Positions 55,765 through 62,964 of a DNA stretch of 64,000 nucleotides are shown piece after piece (positions within the stretch are counted from its first letter, which is position 1; every line of letters starts with the position of its first letter). The DNA lies in NCBI GenBank assembly GCA_964488505.1, contig CAZAUI010000005.1:17954-81953 (forward strand), in the 5' to 3' direction. This DNA is from an uncultured Thermoplasmata archaeon. GTDB taxonomy: Archaea > Thermoplasmatota > Thermoplasmata > UBA10834. Made by a program: the position numbers and the translations under genes. The notes beneath the pieces were generated by a model. The model worked only from the letters and a program-made list of their open reading frames with translations. It ran no database searches and had not been told where the DNA came from.

Positions 55765-55790
55765 AAGCATCGGCGACGAGTTCGATGCTT
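55765..55790 (-). terminator. Inverted repeat after paralogue 3
   Basis: AAGCATCG-N10-CGATGCTT lies about 22 nt beyond the stop at 55812. Confidence 0.3.
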
Positions 55791-55811
55791 GTTCAAGTCG
55801 GCCCGCCCGGC

Positions 55812-56981
55812 TCAGGAGAGGTCGACGACCTTGACGGGCATCCCGTTCCTCGAGAGCTCCCCGGGCCACGGCTCCGGGTCCAGCATCTCGGGTGTGAACG
55901 CGCCCCTCCTCGCGATCTCGCCCCTAGCGACCATCTCCACGGCTATCGCGGGTGGCACGCCGGTCTGGTACGCGGTCGCGGTGACCCCGTGGTCCTCGTA
56001 GCACTCCTCGTGCGAGCTCATCGTGTACATGTATCTCCTGACCTTCCTGCGGCCTTCGAGCCCGACGGCCTCGACGCCGACGCAGCTGTGCCCCCTGACC
56101 TTGGGGGCGAGCGTGGACGGGTCCGGCAGGAGCGACACGAGCAGGTCCCTCGGCACGACCTCGACCTTCCCCACCCTCACGGGGCGCGTCCCGGCCAGGC
56201 CGATCCTGTCCAGGGCCTTCAGGGTCGACACGAACTCGTCCCCGAGGGCGTACTTGAAGTCGCACTCCTTCAGTCCCCTGATGTTGACCGGGAGCGTCTC
56301 GACCTCTTCATGGTCGACGTAGTATGCGGGGAGCGGCCCGACGGGTCTGGGGAAGTCGTATACCTCGCCGCCGGTGAGCGGCTTGAGCCTCTCGAACCTC
56401 CCGCGGTGGTACACGAGGGGAGGGAGTAGGCACTCCTCTATCATCGTGTGGGGCGAGAAGAGCGGCGCGAACGAATGTCCTTCCACGGTGGAGTTGTCCC
56501 CGTCCCTTACGAGGAGTTCGTCCACCCGGTCAAGGCCGTCCGCCAGGTGCCTCGCGAATATGTTGCTGCACCCCGGGTCGACCCCCATGCTCAGGAGCGC
56601 TGTCAGGCCGGCCTTGGCGAACCGTCGGTCTAAGGACAGCTGCTCCTTCAGCTCGGGCGCGTCCGTCGCTCCCTTCGGTCCTCCCGTGGAGAGGTCCATG
56701 TAATGGACCTTCGCCCTGAGCGCGGCCTGCATCACGCTCAGGTTGAACAGCGGTATGGTGGCGTTGACCACCATGTCCACGTCCCCGAACGCGCGGGCCA
56801 GGCCGTCGACGCTCGTCGCGTCGGCCTTCCTCCGCACCACCTTCTTGTTGCGCACCCTCTTCGCGAGGGCCTCCGTCTTCTCGGAGCTTATGTCGGCAGC
56901 CACGACACGGTCCACGTGCTTGCTCTGTGCCAGCCGGCCCGCGACTACGGTCCCGACGGCGCCTGCGCCTAGAATGATCAC
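55812..56981 (-). CDS. Saccharopine dehydrogenase family oxidoreductase, paralogue 3 (more diverged)
   Basis: 389 aa. (M)IILGAGAVGTV plus GVDPGCSNIFAR, LVRDGDN and YYVDHEEVETLP. GTG start. Confidence 0.85.
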   Translation of the reverse strand: MIILGAGAVGTVVAGRLAQSKHVDRVVAADISSEKTEALAKRVRNKKVVRRKADATSVDGLARAFGDVDMVVNATIPLFNLSVMQAALRAKVHYMDLSTGGPKGATDAPELKEQLSLDRRFAKAGLTALLSMGVDPGCSNIFARHLADGLDRVDELLVRDGDNSTVEGHSFAPLFSPHTMIEECLLPPLVYHRGRFERLKPLTGGEVYDFPRPVGPLPAYYVDHEEVETLPVNIRGLKECDFKYALGDEFVSTLKALDRIGLAGTRPVRVGKVEVVPRDLLVSLLPDPSTLAPKVRGHSCVGVEAVGLEGRRKVRRYMYTMSSHEECYEDHGVTATAYQTGVPPAIAVEMVARGEIARRGAFTPEMLDPEPWPGELSRNGMPVKVVDLS

Positions 56982-57017
56982 GTCCGTGCTTTCGAAGCCT
57001 CCGGATATCCTGTCAGG

Positions 57018-57039
57018 TAATCGCCCGAGGGGGCGATTA
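57018..57039 (-). terminator. Perfect 9-bp hairpin after the activase gene
   Basis: TAATCGCCC-GAGG-GGGCGATTA lies 24 nt beyond the stop at 57063. Confidence 0.35.
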
Positions 57040-57062
57040 ACCCTTCCACGTCCAGGGCCCGG

Positions 57063-58952
57063 TCATGCCTTCCGGGCCTTCACGGACGGGAACCTCGTCA
57101 CGTCCCTGTTCGGCAGGAACATCGCCTTCGCGAACTCGGACTGGAAGTCCTTCTCCGCGGCCAGCTCGACGTACTCCACCCTCTTCGAGAGCTTCTCCGC
57201 CAGGTCCCTGACCTGGACCGACTTCAGGGCCATGCGCGCGCCGGACCCCGCGGCGTTCCCTATGAACCTGATCCTGTCGACCAGCACGTCCGGATACATG
57301 CCGATGGTGATAGCGCTCCCGGCGTCCACGTAGGTGCCGAAGGCGCCCGCGGCGTATATCCTGGTCAGGTCCCTGCACTGCACACCGAGCTTCTTCATCA
57401 GCACCGAGACGCCCGTGAATATCGCCGCCTTCGCGAGCTGTATCTCCTCGACGTCGTGCTGGGTCACGGTCACGTCCTCTCCCGTCTCGGTCTCCTTCCC
57501 CCACGCGAGGACGAACTCGAGCGCCCCGTCGCCGCCCTTCCTCACCCTCTTGTCCTTCCTGTTGTCGACTATCCTGCCCGAAGGGTCGACCGTGCCGCTC
57601 TTGAACATCTCCGCTATCGCGTCGACTATCCCGGAACCGCATATGCCCCTCGGGGGGGAGTCGTCGACGGTCCGCAACTTCACATCCCCGGAGGCGGAGT
57701 CTATCCAGACCCGCTCTATCGCGCCTGTGGACGCCCTCATGCCGAACCTGATGTGGGCGCCCTCGAACGCAGGGCCTGAGGCGCACGAGCAGCTCACGAG
57801 CCTGTCCTTGTTCCCCGCGATGATCTCGGTGTTCGTGCCGATGTCTATCATCATCCCCAGCTTCTTGTCCCTGTACAGCCCGCTGGACACGAGGTCTGCG
57901 ACCGCGTCAGCGCCGACGAACCCCGCCACATTCGGGAGGGACGAGACCTTCCCGAACGGATAGATGTCCACTCCCATCTGGCCCGCATCATATACGAGCG
58001 ATGTGCGGACCGCCGGGGCGTAGGGGGCGGTCGCGAGATGCTTCGCGGGTATGCCGAAGAACAGGTGGTGCATTGCGGTGTTTCCGACGACCACGACCTC
58101 GAGCATGTTCTCCTTCGGCACGCCCGACGAGGACGACAGCTTCGATATGAGCGAGTTGACGCCGTCGATCATGACCTTCCTGAGCCGGTCGTTGCCGTCC
58201 GGGGTCCTCGCCGAGAAGGTTATCCTGGACATCACGTCCTCGCCGAAAGGTATCTGCGGGTTGGGCATGCTCTCCGTCGCGACCGTGAGCCCCGACAGAA
58301 GATCTATCAGGTAGGCGACGACCTTGGTCGTGCCTATGTCCACCGCGACCCCGAACAGCTCCTTGGTGGTGTCCCCGGGGTCCACGCGCACGACCTCCCT
58401 GTCCCTGAAGAGCGTCGCCGTGACGGACCACGAGCCGTCCCTGAGGGCCCCAGGGAGCGACCTGTGCGCGCCTGGGGACATCGTCGAGGACCTCTTGGCG
58501 AGCCTGCACAGCTCCTCCAGGAACCTGTCGTCGTCCGCGCGTATGTCCGCGAGCGTGGCCGGGGGCAGCTCGACGAGCGCCTTCGTCATCGCGGGCCTCA
58601 GCCGGGTCACGCGCTCCTCGCCCGCCGCGAGCAGCCTGTGGTGCCCTCTCCTGCTCTCCTCGGGCACCTCGACCACGACGCCCCCCTCGGAGACGACCTT
58701 GGCCTGACATGCCAGCCTCGCGCCGGCCTGGACCGCCTTCTCGCCCAGCACCTTCGCCTCGCCGGCGCTCGGAGCCGACAGGTGGGCGGAGCCCGACCTC
58801 ACGAAGACCTTGCACTTGCCGCACTTGCCCGCGGAGCCGCAGACCGACTCGATCGCGACCCCGGCGTCCATGGCGAGCTCCAGGAGCGTCCTGCCCTTCT
58901 CGGGGGCGGTCTTCCTCCCCAGCGGCTGGAAGTGGATGTCCGAGTCGGCCAT
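57063..58952 (-). CDS. RACo-type reductive activase: N-terminal [2Fe-2S] ferredoxin plus ASKHA-fold ATPase (COG3894/DUF4445)
   Basis: 629 aa. Plant-type ferredoxin Cys pattern CGSAGKCGKCKV...LACQ. ASKHA phosphate loops GVAVDIGTTKVV and MMIDIGTNTEII, plus CGSGIVDA. Confidence 0.85.
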   Translation of the reverse strand: MADSDIHFQPLGRKTAPEKGRTLLELAMDAGVAIESVCGSAGKCGKCKVFVRSGSAHLSAPSAGEAKVLGEKAVQAGARLACQAKVVSEGGVVVEVPEESRRGHHRLLAAGEERVTRLRPAMTKALVELPPATLADIRADDDRFLEELCRLAKRSSTMSPGAHRSLPGALRDGSWSVTATLFRDREVVRVDPGDTTKELFGVAVDIGTTKVVAYLIDLLSGLTVATESMPNPQIPFGEDVMSRITFSARTPDGNDRLRKVMIDGVNSLISKLSSSSGVPKENMLEVVVVGNTAMHHLFFGIPAKHLATAPYAPAVRTSLVYDAGQMGVDIYPFGKVSSLPNVAGFVGADAVADLVSSGLYRDKKLGMMIDIGTNTEIIAGNKDRLVSCSCASGPAFEGAHIRFGMRASTGAIERVWIDSASGDVKLRTVDDSPPRGICGSGIVDAIAEMFKSGTVDPSGRIVDNRKDKRVRKGGDGALEFVLAWGKETETGEDVTVTQHDVEEIQLAKAAIFTGVSVLMKKLGVQCRDLTRIYAAGAFGTYVDAGSAITIGMYPDVLVDRIRFIGNAAGSGARMALKSVQVRDLAEKLSKRVEYVELAAEKDFQSEFAKAMFLPNRDVTRFPSVKARKA

Positions 58953-59061
58953 GAGATTCCCGGTGGGTGATGGCCGACAGCGATATATCTTCTCCGCGGT
59001 GCCCTTGGCCAGATGCTCCGGGAAAGCTCCTGTGCGCTTCCGGGCGCTGGCTCAGTAACCC

Positions 59062-59068
59062 TTTTATA
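59062..59068 (+). promoter_or_regulatory. TATA box for the L7Ae-S28e-L24e-ndk unit
   Basis: CCCTTTTATAGG lies about 42 nt upstream of the ATG at 59110 and about 85 nt upstream of the TTG at 59152. Confidence 0.5.
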
Positions 59069-59109
59069 GGACAATCCATTAATCACCTTGCTCTTTTCAC
59101 GAAGGGCCC

Positions 59110-59523
59110 ATGAATGATGAAGGTGCGAAAGCACCCGAAGGAGGTATTGAATTGGCTAAGCCAGTGTATGTTAAGTTCGAGACTCCGAAGGAGCTCTCAG
59201 ACAAGGCGTATGAGATCGTCGAGCTCGCCCGTGACGGCGGGAAGCTCAGGAGAGGCACGAACGAGGTCACGAAGCTCGTCGAGCGCGGAGAGGCCCAGAT
59301 GGTCGTCATGGCCGAGGACGTCTCCCCGCCGGAGATCCTGATGCACATGCCAGCGCTGTGCGAGGAGAAGAACGTGCCCTACGCGTTCGTGCCGAGCAAG
59401 GCCGAGCTGGGGAACGCCTGCGGCCTCGAGAAGCCCACCGCTGCCGTGGCGGTCCTCGACGCATCCAAGGGAAAGCCCGCGATGGACGAGCTCTCAGAGA
59501 AGCTGAAGGCTCTGAAGAAGTAG
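59110..59523 (+). CDS. rpl7ae: 50S ribosomal protein L7Ae
   Basis: KLRRGTNEVTKLVERGEAQMVVMAEDVSPPEI... The real start is probably the in-frame TTG at 59152, 6 nt after GGAGGT, which gives the typical N-terminus MAKPVYVKFETPKEL. Confidence 0.92.
   Translation: MNDEGAKAPEGGIELAKPVYVKFETPKELSDKAYEIVELARDGGKLRRGTNEVTKLVERGEAQMVVMAEDVSPPEILMHMPALCEEKNVPYAFVPSKAELGNACGLEKPTAAVAVLDASKGKPAMDELSEKLKALKK
59113..59145 (+). promoter_or_regulatory. K-turn-like element overlapping the Shine-Dalgarno site of the L7Ae gene (hypothetical autoregulatory site)
   Basis: AAUGAUGA-A-GGUGC-GAAA-GCACC-C-GA-AGGAGGU. This is a box-C-like UGAUGA and a 3' GA flanking a perfect GNRA-capped 5-bp hairpin, running straight into GGAGGU. 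Confidence 0.3.
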
Positions 59524-59532
59524 GTGGCCTAG

Positions 59533-59745
59533 ATGGCTGACAACGACAGCATACCCGCGACGGTCGTGGAGGTCGTCGGCAGGACCGGCATGACGGGCGA
59601 GGCGACCCAGGTGAAGGTCAGGGTCCTTGACGGAAGGGACAAGGGCAGGATCATCACGAGGAACGCCATGGGTCCGATCAGGGTCGGCGACGTGCTGATG
59701 CTGAAGGAGACCTCGAGGGAGGCGAAGAAGCTCGGCGTCCGCTGA
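59533..59745 (+). CDS. rps28e: 30S ribosomal protein S28e
   Basis: 70 aa. [52 protein letters not shown]. Confidence 0.95.
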   Translation: MADNDSIPATVVEVVGRTGMTGEATQVKVRVLDGRDKGRIITRNAMGPIRVGDVLMLKETSREAKKLGVR

Positions 59746-59772
59746 GCTTCCGGTCATTCCAGGTGATGTCAC

Positions 59773-60150
59773 ATGGTCGAGCGAAGGGTCTGCACGTTCT
59801 GCGGCGTCGAGATCGAGCCGGGGACTGGCAGGATGTACGTCAGGAAGGACGGGGTCACTTACAACTTCTGTTCCTCGAAGTGCTTCAAGAACCTCGTGGA
59901 GCTGGGCCGTGTCCCGCGGAGGGTCACGTGGACCAGGTACTACGAGAGGGAGAAGCAGGTGAGGCTGAAGGGCGTCGCGGCGGAGACGCCGGTCAAGACG
60001 CGCAAGGTCAAGAAGGCCGCGAAGGCCGAGGAGCCGAAGGAGGCGGAGGCGAAGCCTGAGGCGCCTTCCGAGGAGAAGCCGGAGGAGCCGAAGGAACCGA
60101 AGCCCGCCCCCAAGAAGGCCAAGGCGCCGAAGAAGGACGAGGAGGCGTAG
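59773..60150 (+). CDS. rpl24e: 50S ribosomal protein L24e with a long Lys/Glu/Pro/Ala-rich C-terminal tail
   Basis: [34 protein letters not shown] zinc-ribbon core of about 60 aa. It is followed by about 63 aa: ...[51 protein letters not shown]. Confidence 0.9.
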   Translation: MVERRVCTFCGVEIEPGTGRMYVRKDGVTYNFCSSKCFKNLVELGRVPRRVTWTRYYEREKQVRLKGVAAETPVKTRKVKKAAKAEEPKEAEAKPEAPSEEKPEEPKEPKPAPKKAKAPKKDEEA

Positions 60151-60152
60151 CC

Positions 60153-60608
60153 GTGATCGAGAAGACCTTCGTGATGGTCAAGCCCGACGGGGTCCAGAGG
60201 TCCCTGGTGGGCAGGATCGTCCAGAGGTTCGAGGACCGCGGCGTCAAGATCGTGGCCATGAAGATGATGAGGATTCCGCGCGAGCTCGCGGAGAGGCACT
60301 ACGAGGAGCACAAGGGCAAGGGGTTCTACGAGCCTCTGCTCTCGTACATAACCTCGGGGCCAGTCGTCTGCATGGTGCTCGAGGGCGAGAACTGCGTCGC
60401 GGGCGCGAGGGCGATGATGGGCAAGACGAACCCGCAGGACGCGGCACCCGGGACCATCAGAGGGGACTTCTCCCAGGTCACGGGGAGGAACATCGTCCAC
60501 GGCTCCGACTCCCCCGAGAGCGCCAAGAGGGAGATCAAGCTCTTCTTCAACGACTACGAGATACAGAAGTACGACCAGGCCGACGAGGCCTGGCTGTTCG
60601 AGAAGTGA
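60153..60608 (+). CDS. ndk: Nucleoside diphosphate kinase
   Basis: 151 aa. [12 protein letters not shown] and the catalytic His motif NIVHGSDS. Confidence 0.95.
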   Translation: MIEKTFVMVKPDGVQRSLVGRIVQRFEDRGVKIVAMKMMRIPRELAERHYEEHKGKGFYEPLLSYITSGPVVCMVLEGENCVAGARAMMGKTNPQDAAPGTIRGDFSQVTGRNIVHGSDSPESAKREIKLFFNDYEIQKYDQADEAWLFEK

Positions 60609-60676
60609 AACCCGCTTCAAACCACTTCAGATTTCTATCACTCCCATTACCACCAGCGGGCTCGCTGGCATACATT

Positions 60677-60683
60677 GATATAT
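60677..60683 (+). promoter_or_regulatory. TATA-like box for aIF5B
   Basis: TTGATATATC lies about 25 nt upstream of the in-frame GTG at 60706. Confidence 0.4.
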
Positions 60684-60687
60684 CGTC

Positions 60688-62460
60688 TTGGGGCTCTGCG
60701 AATCCGTGGCGATCCGTCAACCCATAGTCTCCGTCATGGGCCATGTCGACCATGGCAAGTCCACGATCCTGGACCGGATCAGGGGCACCAAGGTCGTCTC
60801 CCGCGAGGCCGGCGGCATCACGCAGCACATAGGCGCCACCGACGTGCCCATAGAGACGATATACGAACTCTGCAGGCCTCTGATTGGCGACAGGAAGTTC
60901 ATGGTGCCTGGCCTGCTCTTCATCGACACGCCCGGACACTACTCGTTCGCCACCCTGAGGACCAGGGGCGGAGCGCTGGCGGACCTCGCCGTGCTCGTGA
61001 TAGACGTGAACGAGGGCATCAAGCCGCAGACGATCGAGTCCATCAACATACTCCGCAAGTTCCGGACTCCGTTCGTGATAGCCGCGAACAAGGTCGACAG
61101 GCTCATGGGCTGGCGGGTGCACGAGGGCTCCATCATCGCGAAGTCGCTCGAGGCCCAGGACCCCAGGGTCGTCGAGGACCTGGACCAGCGGATATACTCC
61201 ATCGCGGGCGCAGTGTTCGACAGGACGGGGTTCAGCGCGGACAGGTTCGACAAGATATCCGATTTCACGAAGTCCATCGCCATCGTGCCCGTGAGCGGCA
61301 AGCACGGTGAGGGTCTGCCGGACCTCCTGCTCATGCTCGTCGGACTCGCGCAGAAGTTCCTCGAGGTCGAGCTCAAGACCGAGGACTGCCCCGCGGAGGG
61401 CACGGTCCTCGAGGTCAAGGAGGAGAAGGGCATCGGAACTGTCCTGGACACGATCGTCTACAAGGGCACCCTGAGCGTGGGCGACCAGATACTGGTGTCG
61501 TCGACCAAGGGAGACCCGATACAGACCAAGGTGCGCGCGCTGCTCAGGCCCAGGCCTCTGGACGAGATCAGGGACCCCACCCAGCGCTTCGACCAGGTGG
61601 ATTCGGTCTCCGCCGCCGCGGGCATCAGGCTCGTGGGGCAGGACATGGAGGACGCGATGGCCGGGGGCATCCTGAGGGTGGCGAACGAGGACGTCGACAC
61701 CATCCGGGAGGAGGTCCGCAAGGAGAGCGAGCTCAAGGTGGAGCTGGCGCCCGAGGGCATCGTCGTCCGCGGGGACGCCATCGGCTCCCTCGAGGCGCTC
61801 GTGTTCGAGGCGAGGAACGCGGAGCTGCCCATCAGGAAGATCGGGATAGGCAAGGTCACGCGCAAGGACGTCATGGAGGCCTCCAACTTCGAGAACCCGC
61901 TCCACAGGGTGGTGTTCGCGTTCAACTCGGGCGCGAACCCGGATGTGGAGGCGGAGCTGTCCTCCACCGGGGTCAAGATGTTCAGCAACCAGGTCATCTA
62001 CAGGCTCCTGGACGAGTACAAGGCCTGGTGCGAGGTCAGGAAACGCGAGGTCGAGGCGGCGAAGCGGCTCGAGGTCGTGTTCCCGGGCAAGGTCAAGATC
62101 ATGAGGGACCACGTGTTCAGGGCGAGCAAGCCCGCCATCGTCGGTGTGCGCGTGCTCGCCGGCAGGGTGCGCCCGGGCCAGATGTTGATGCGCGAGGACG
62201 GGCATCAGGTCGGGAGGATCAAGAGCATCAGGAGCGGCGAGAACACCCTGCCCGAGGCGATCGCGGGCAGCGAGGTCGCGGTCGCGATCGACGACGCGAC
62301 TGTCGGACGGCAGATCGACGTCGAGGACGTGCTCCTGGTGGACATACCCGAGAGCCACGCGCGCGAGCTGTCGAACTACAAGTTGACGGCGGACGAGCGC
62401 GAGGTGCTCGAGACGGTCGCGGGGATAAAGCGGAAGGAGAAGCCTTTCTGGGGCAGATGA
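60688..62460 (+). CDS. infB: Translation initiation factor aIF5B (IF2 type)
   Basis: G1 GHVDHGKS, G3 DTPGH, G4 NKVD, and beta-barrel domains. No intein. The track start is the TTG at 60688. The GTG at 60706 (VAIRQPIVSVMGHVDHGK) is the more likely start and would be near-leaderless. Confidence 0.95.
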   Translation: MGLCESVAIRQPIVSVMGHVDHGKSTILDRIRGTKVVSREAGGITQHIGATDVPIETIYELCRPLIGDRKFMVPGLLFIDTPGHYSFATLRTRGGALADLAVLVIDVNEGIKPQTIESINILRKFRTPFVIAANKVDRLMGWRVHEGSIIAKSLEAQDPRVVEDLDQRIYSIAGAVFDRTGFSADRFDKISDFTKSIAIVPVSGKHGEGLPDLLLMLVGLAQKFLEVELKTEDCPAEGTVLEVKEEKGIGTVLDTIVYKGTLSVGDQILVSSTKGDPIQTKVRALLRPRPLDEIRDPTQRFDQVDSVSAAAGIRLVGQDMEDAMAGGILRVANEDVDTIREEVRKESELKVELAPEGIVVRGDAIGSLEALVFEARNAELPIRKIGIGKVTRKDVMEASNFENPLHRVVFAFNSGANPDVEAELSSTGVKMFSNQVIYRLLDEYKAWCEVRKREVEAAKRLEVVFPGKVKIMRDHVFRASKPAIVGVRVLAGRVRPGQMLMREDGHQVGRIKSIRSGENTLPEAIAGSEVAVAIDDATVGRQIDVEDVLLVDIPESHARELSNYKLTADEREVLETVAGIKRKEKPFWGR

Positions 62461-62559
62461 CGCGCGCGCCCGGGCGGGCGTACCGGGACGCACCAGCATC
62501 CCCGACCAGCTCCGAAACCCTTATAACTCCTTGCGCATTAGGGCGTCCTGCAAACCGGA

Positions 62560-62964
62560 GTGGATTGCTTGGCAGATTTCAAGGCCGTCATCAACGACCC
62601 TAAGGATGGCATGTCGTATCAGGCGCCCGTCGCGGGACACCACGCGAACTCGCTCATAGGCAAGAAGATAGGCGATGTCATCGACGGCATATTCGTAGGC
62701 CTCCCAGGGTACAAGCTGCAGATCACGGGCGGAAGCGACAAGGACGGCTTCCCCATGAGGAAGGACCTCCCCGGCCCAAGGAGGAAGAAGCTCCTCGTCT
62801 CGAAGAGCACAGGCTTCAAGCCGGACAAGGGCGGACTCAGGAAGAAGAAGAACATGCGCGGCAACACGGTCGCGCCTGACACCCTTCAGATAAACCTCAA
62901 GATCACGGCGCACGGACTGAAGCCCGTATCCGAGCTCATCAAGAAAGAGGAGAAGAAAGAATAA
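62560..62964 (+). CDS. rps6e: 30S ribosomal protein S6e
   Basis: [13 protein letters not shown]...[16 protein letters not shown]... The track start is the GTG at 62560. The TTG at 62569 gives the typical MADFK N-terminus. Confidence 0.9.
   Translation: MDCLADFKAVINDPKDGMSYQAPVAGHHANSLIGKKIGDVIDGIFVGLPGYKLQITGGSDKDGFPMRKDLPGPRRKKLLVSKSTGFKPDKGGLRKKKNMRGNTVAPDTLQINLKITAHGLKPVSELIKKEEKKE

Noticed and set aside
59113-59145. Strict consensus K-turn (C helix, 3-nt bulge, tandem G.A, NC helix) in the L7Ae leader.
   Set aside because: With GA (59119-20) and GA (59137-38) as the sheared pairs and GAU as the bulge, the 5' flank AAU cannot pair with AGG of the SD strand. No canonical C helix forms as a result. 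I kept it only as a K-turn-like hypothesis, not as an annotated K-turn.
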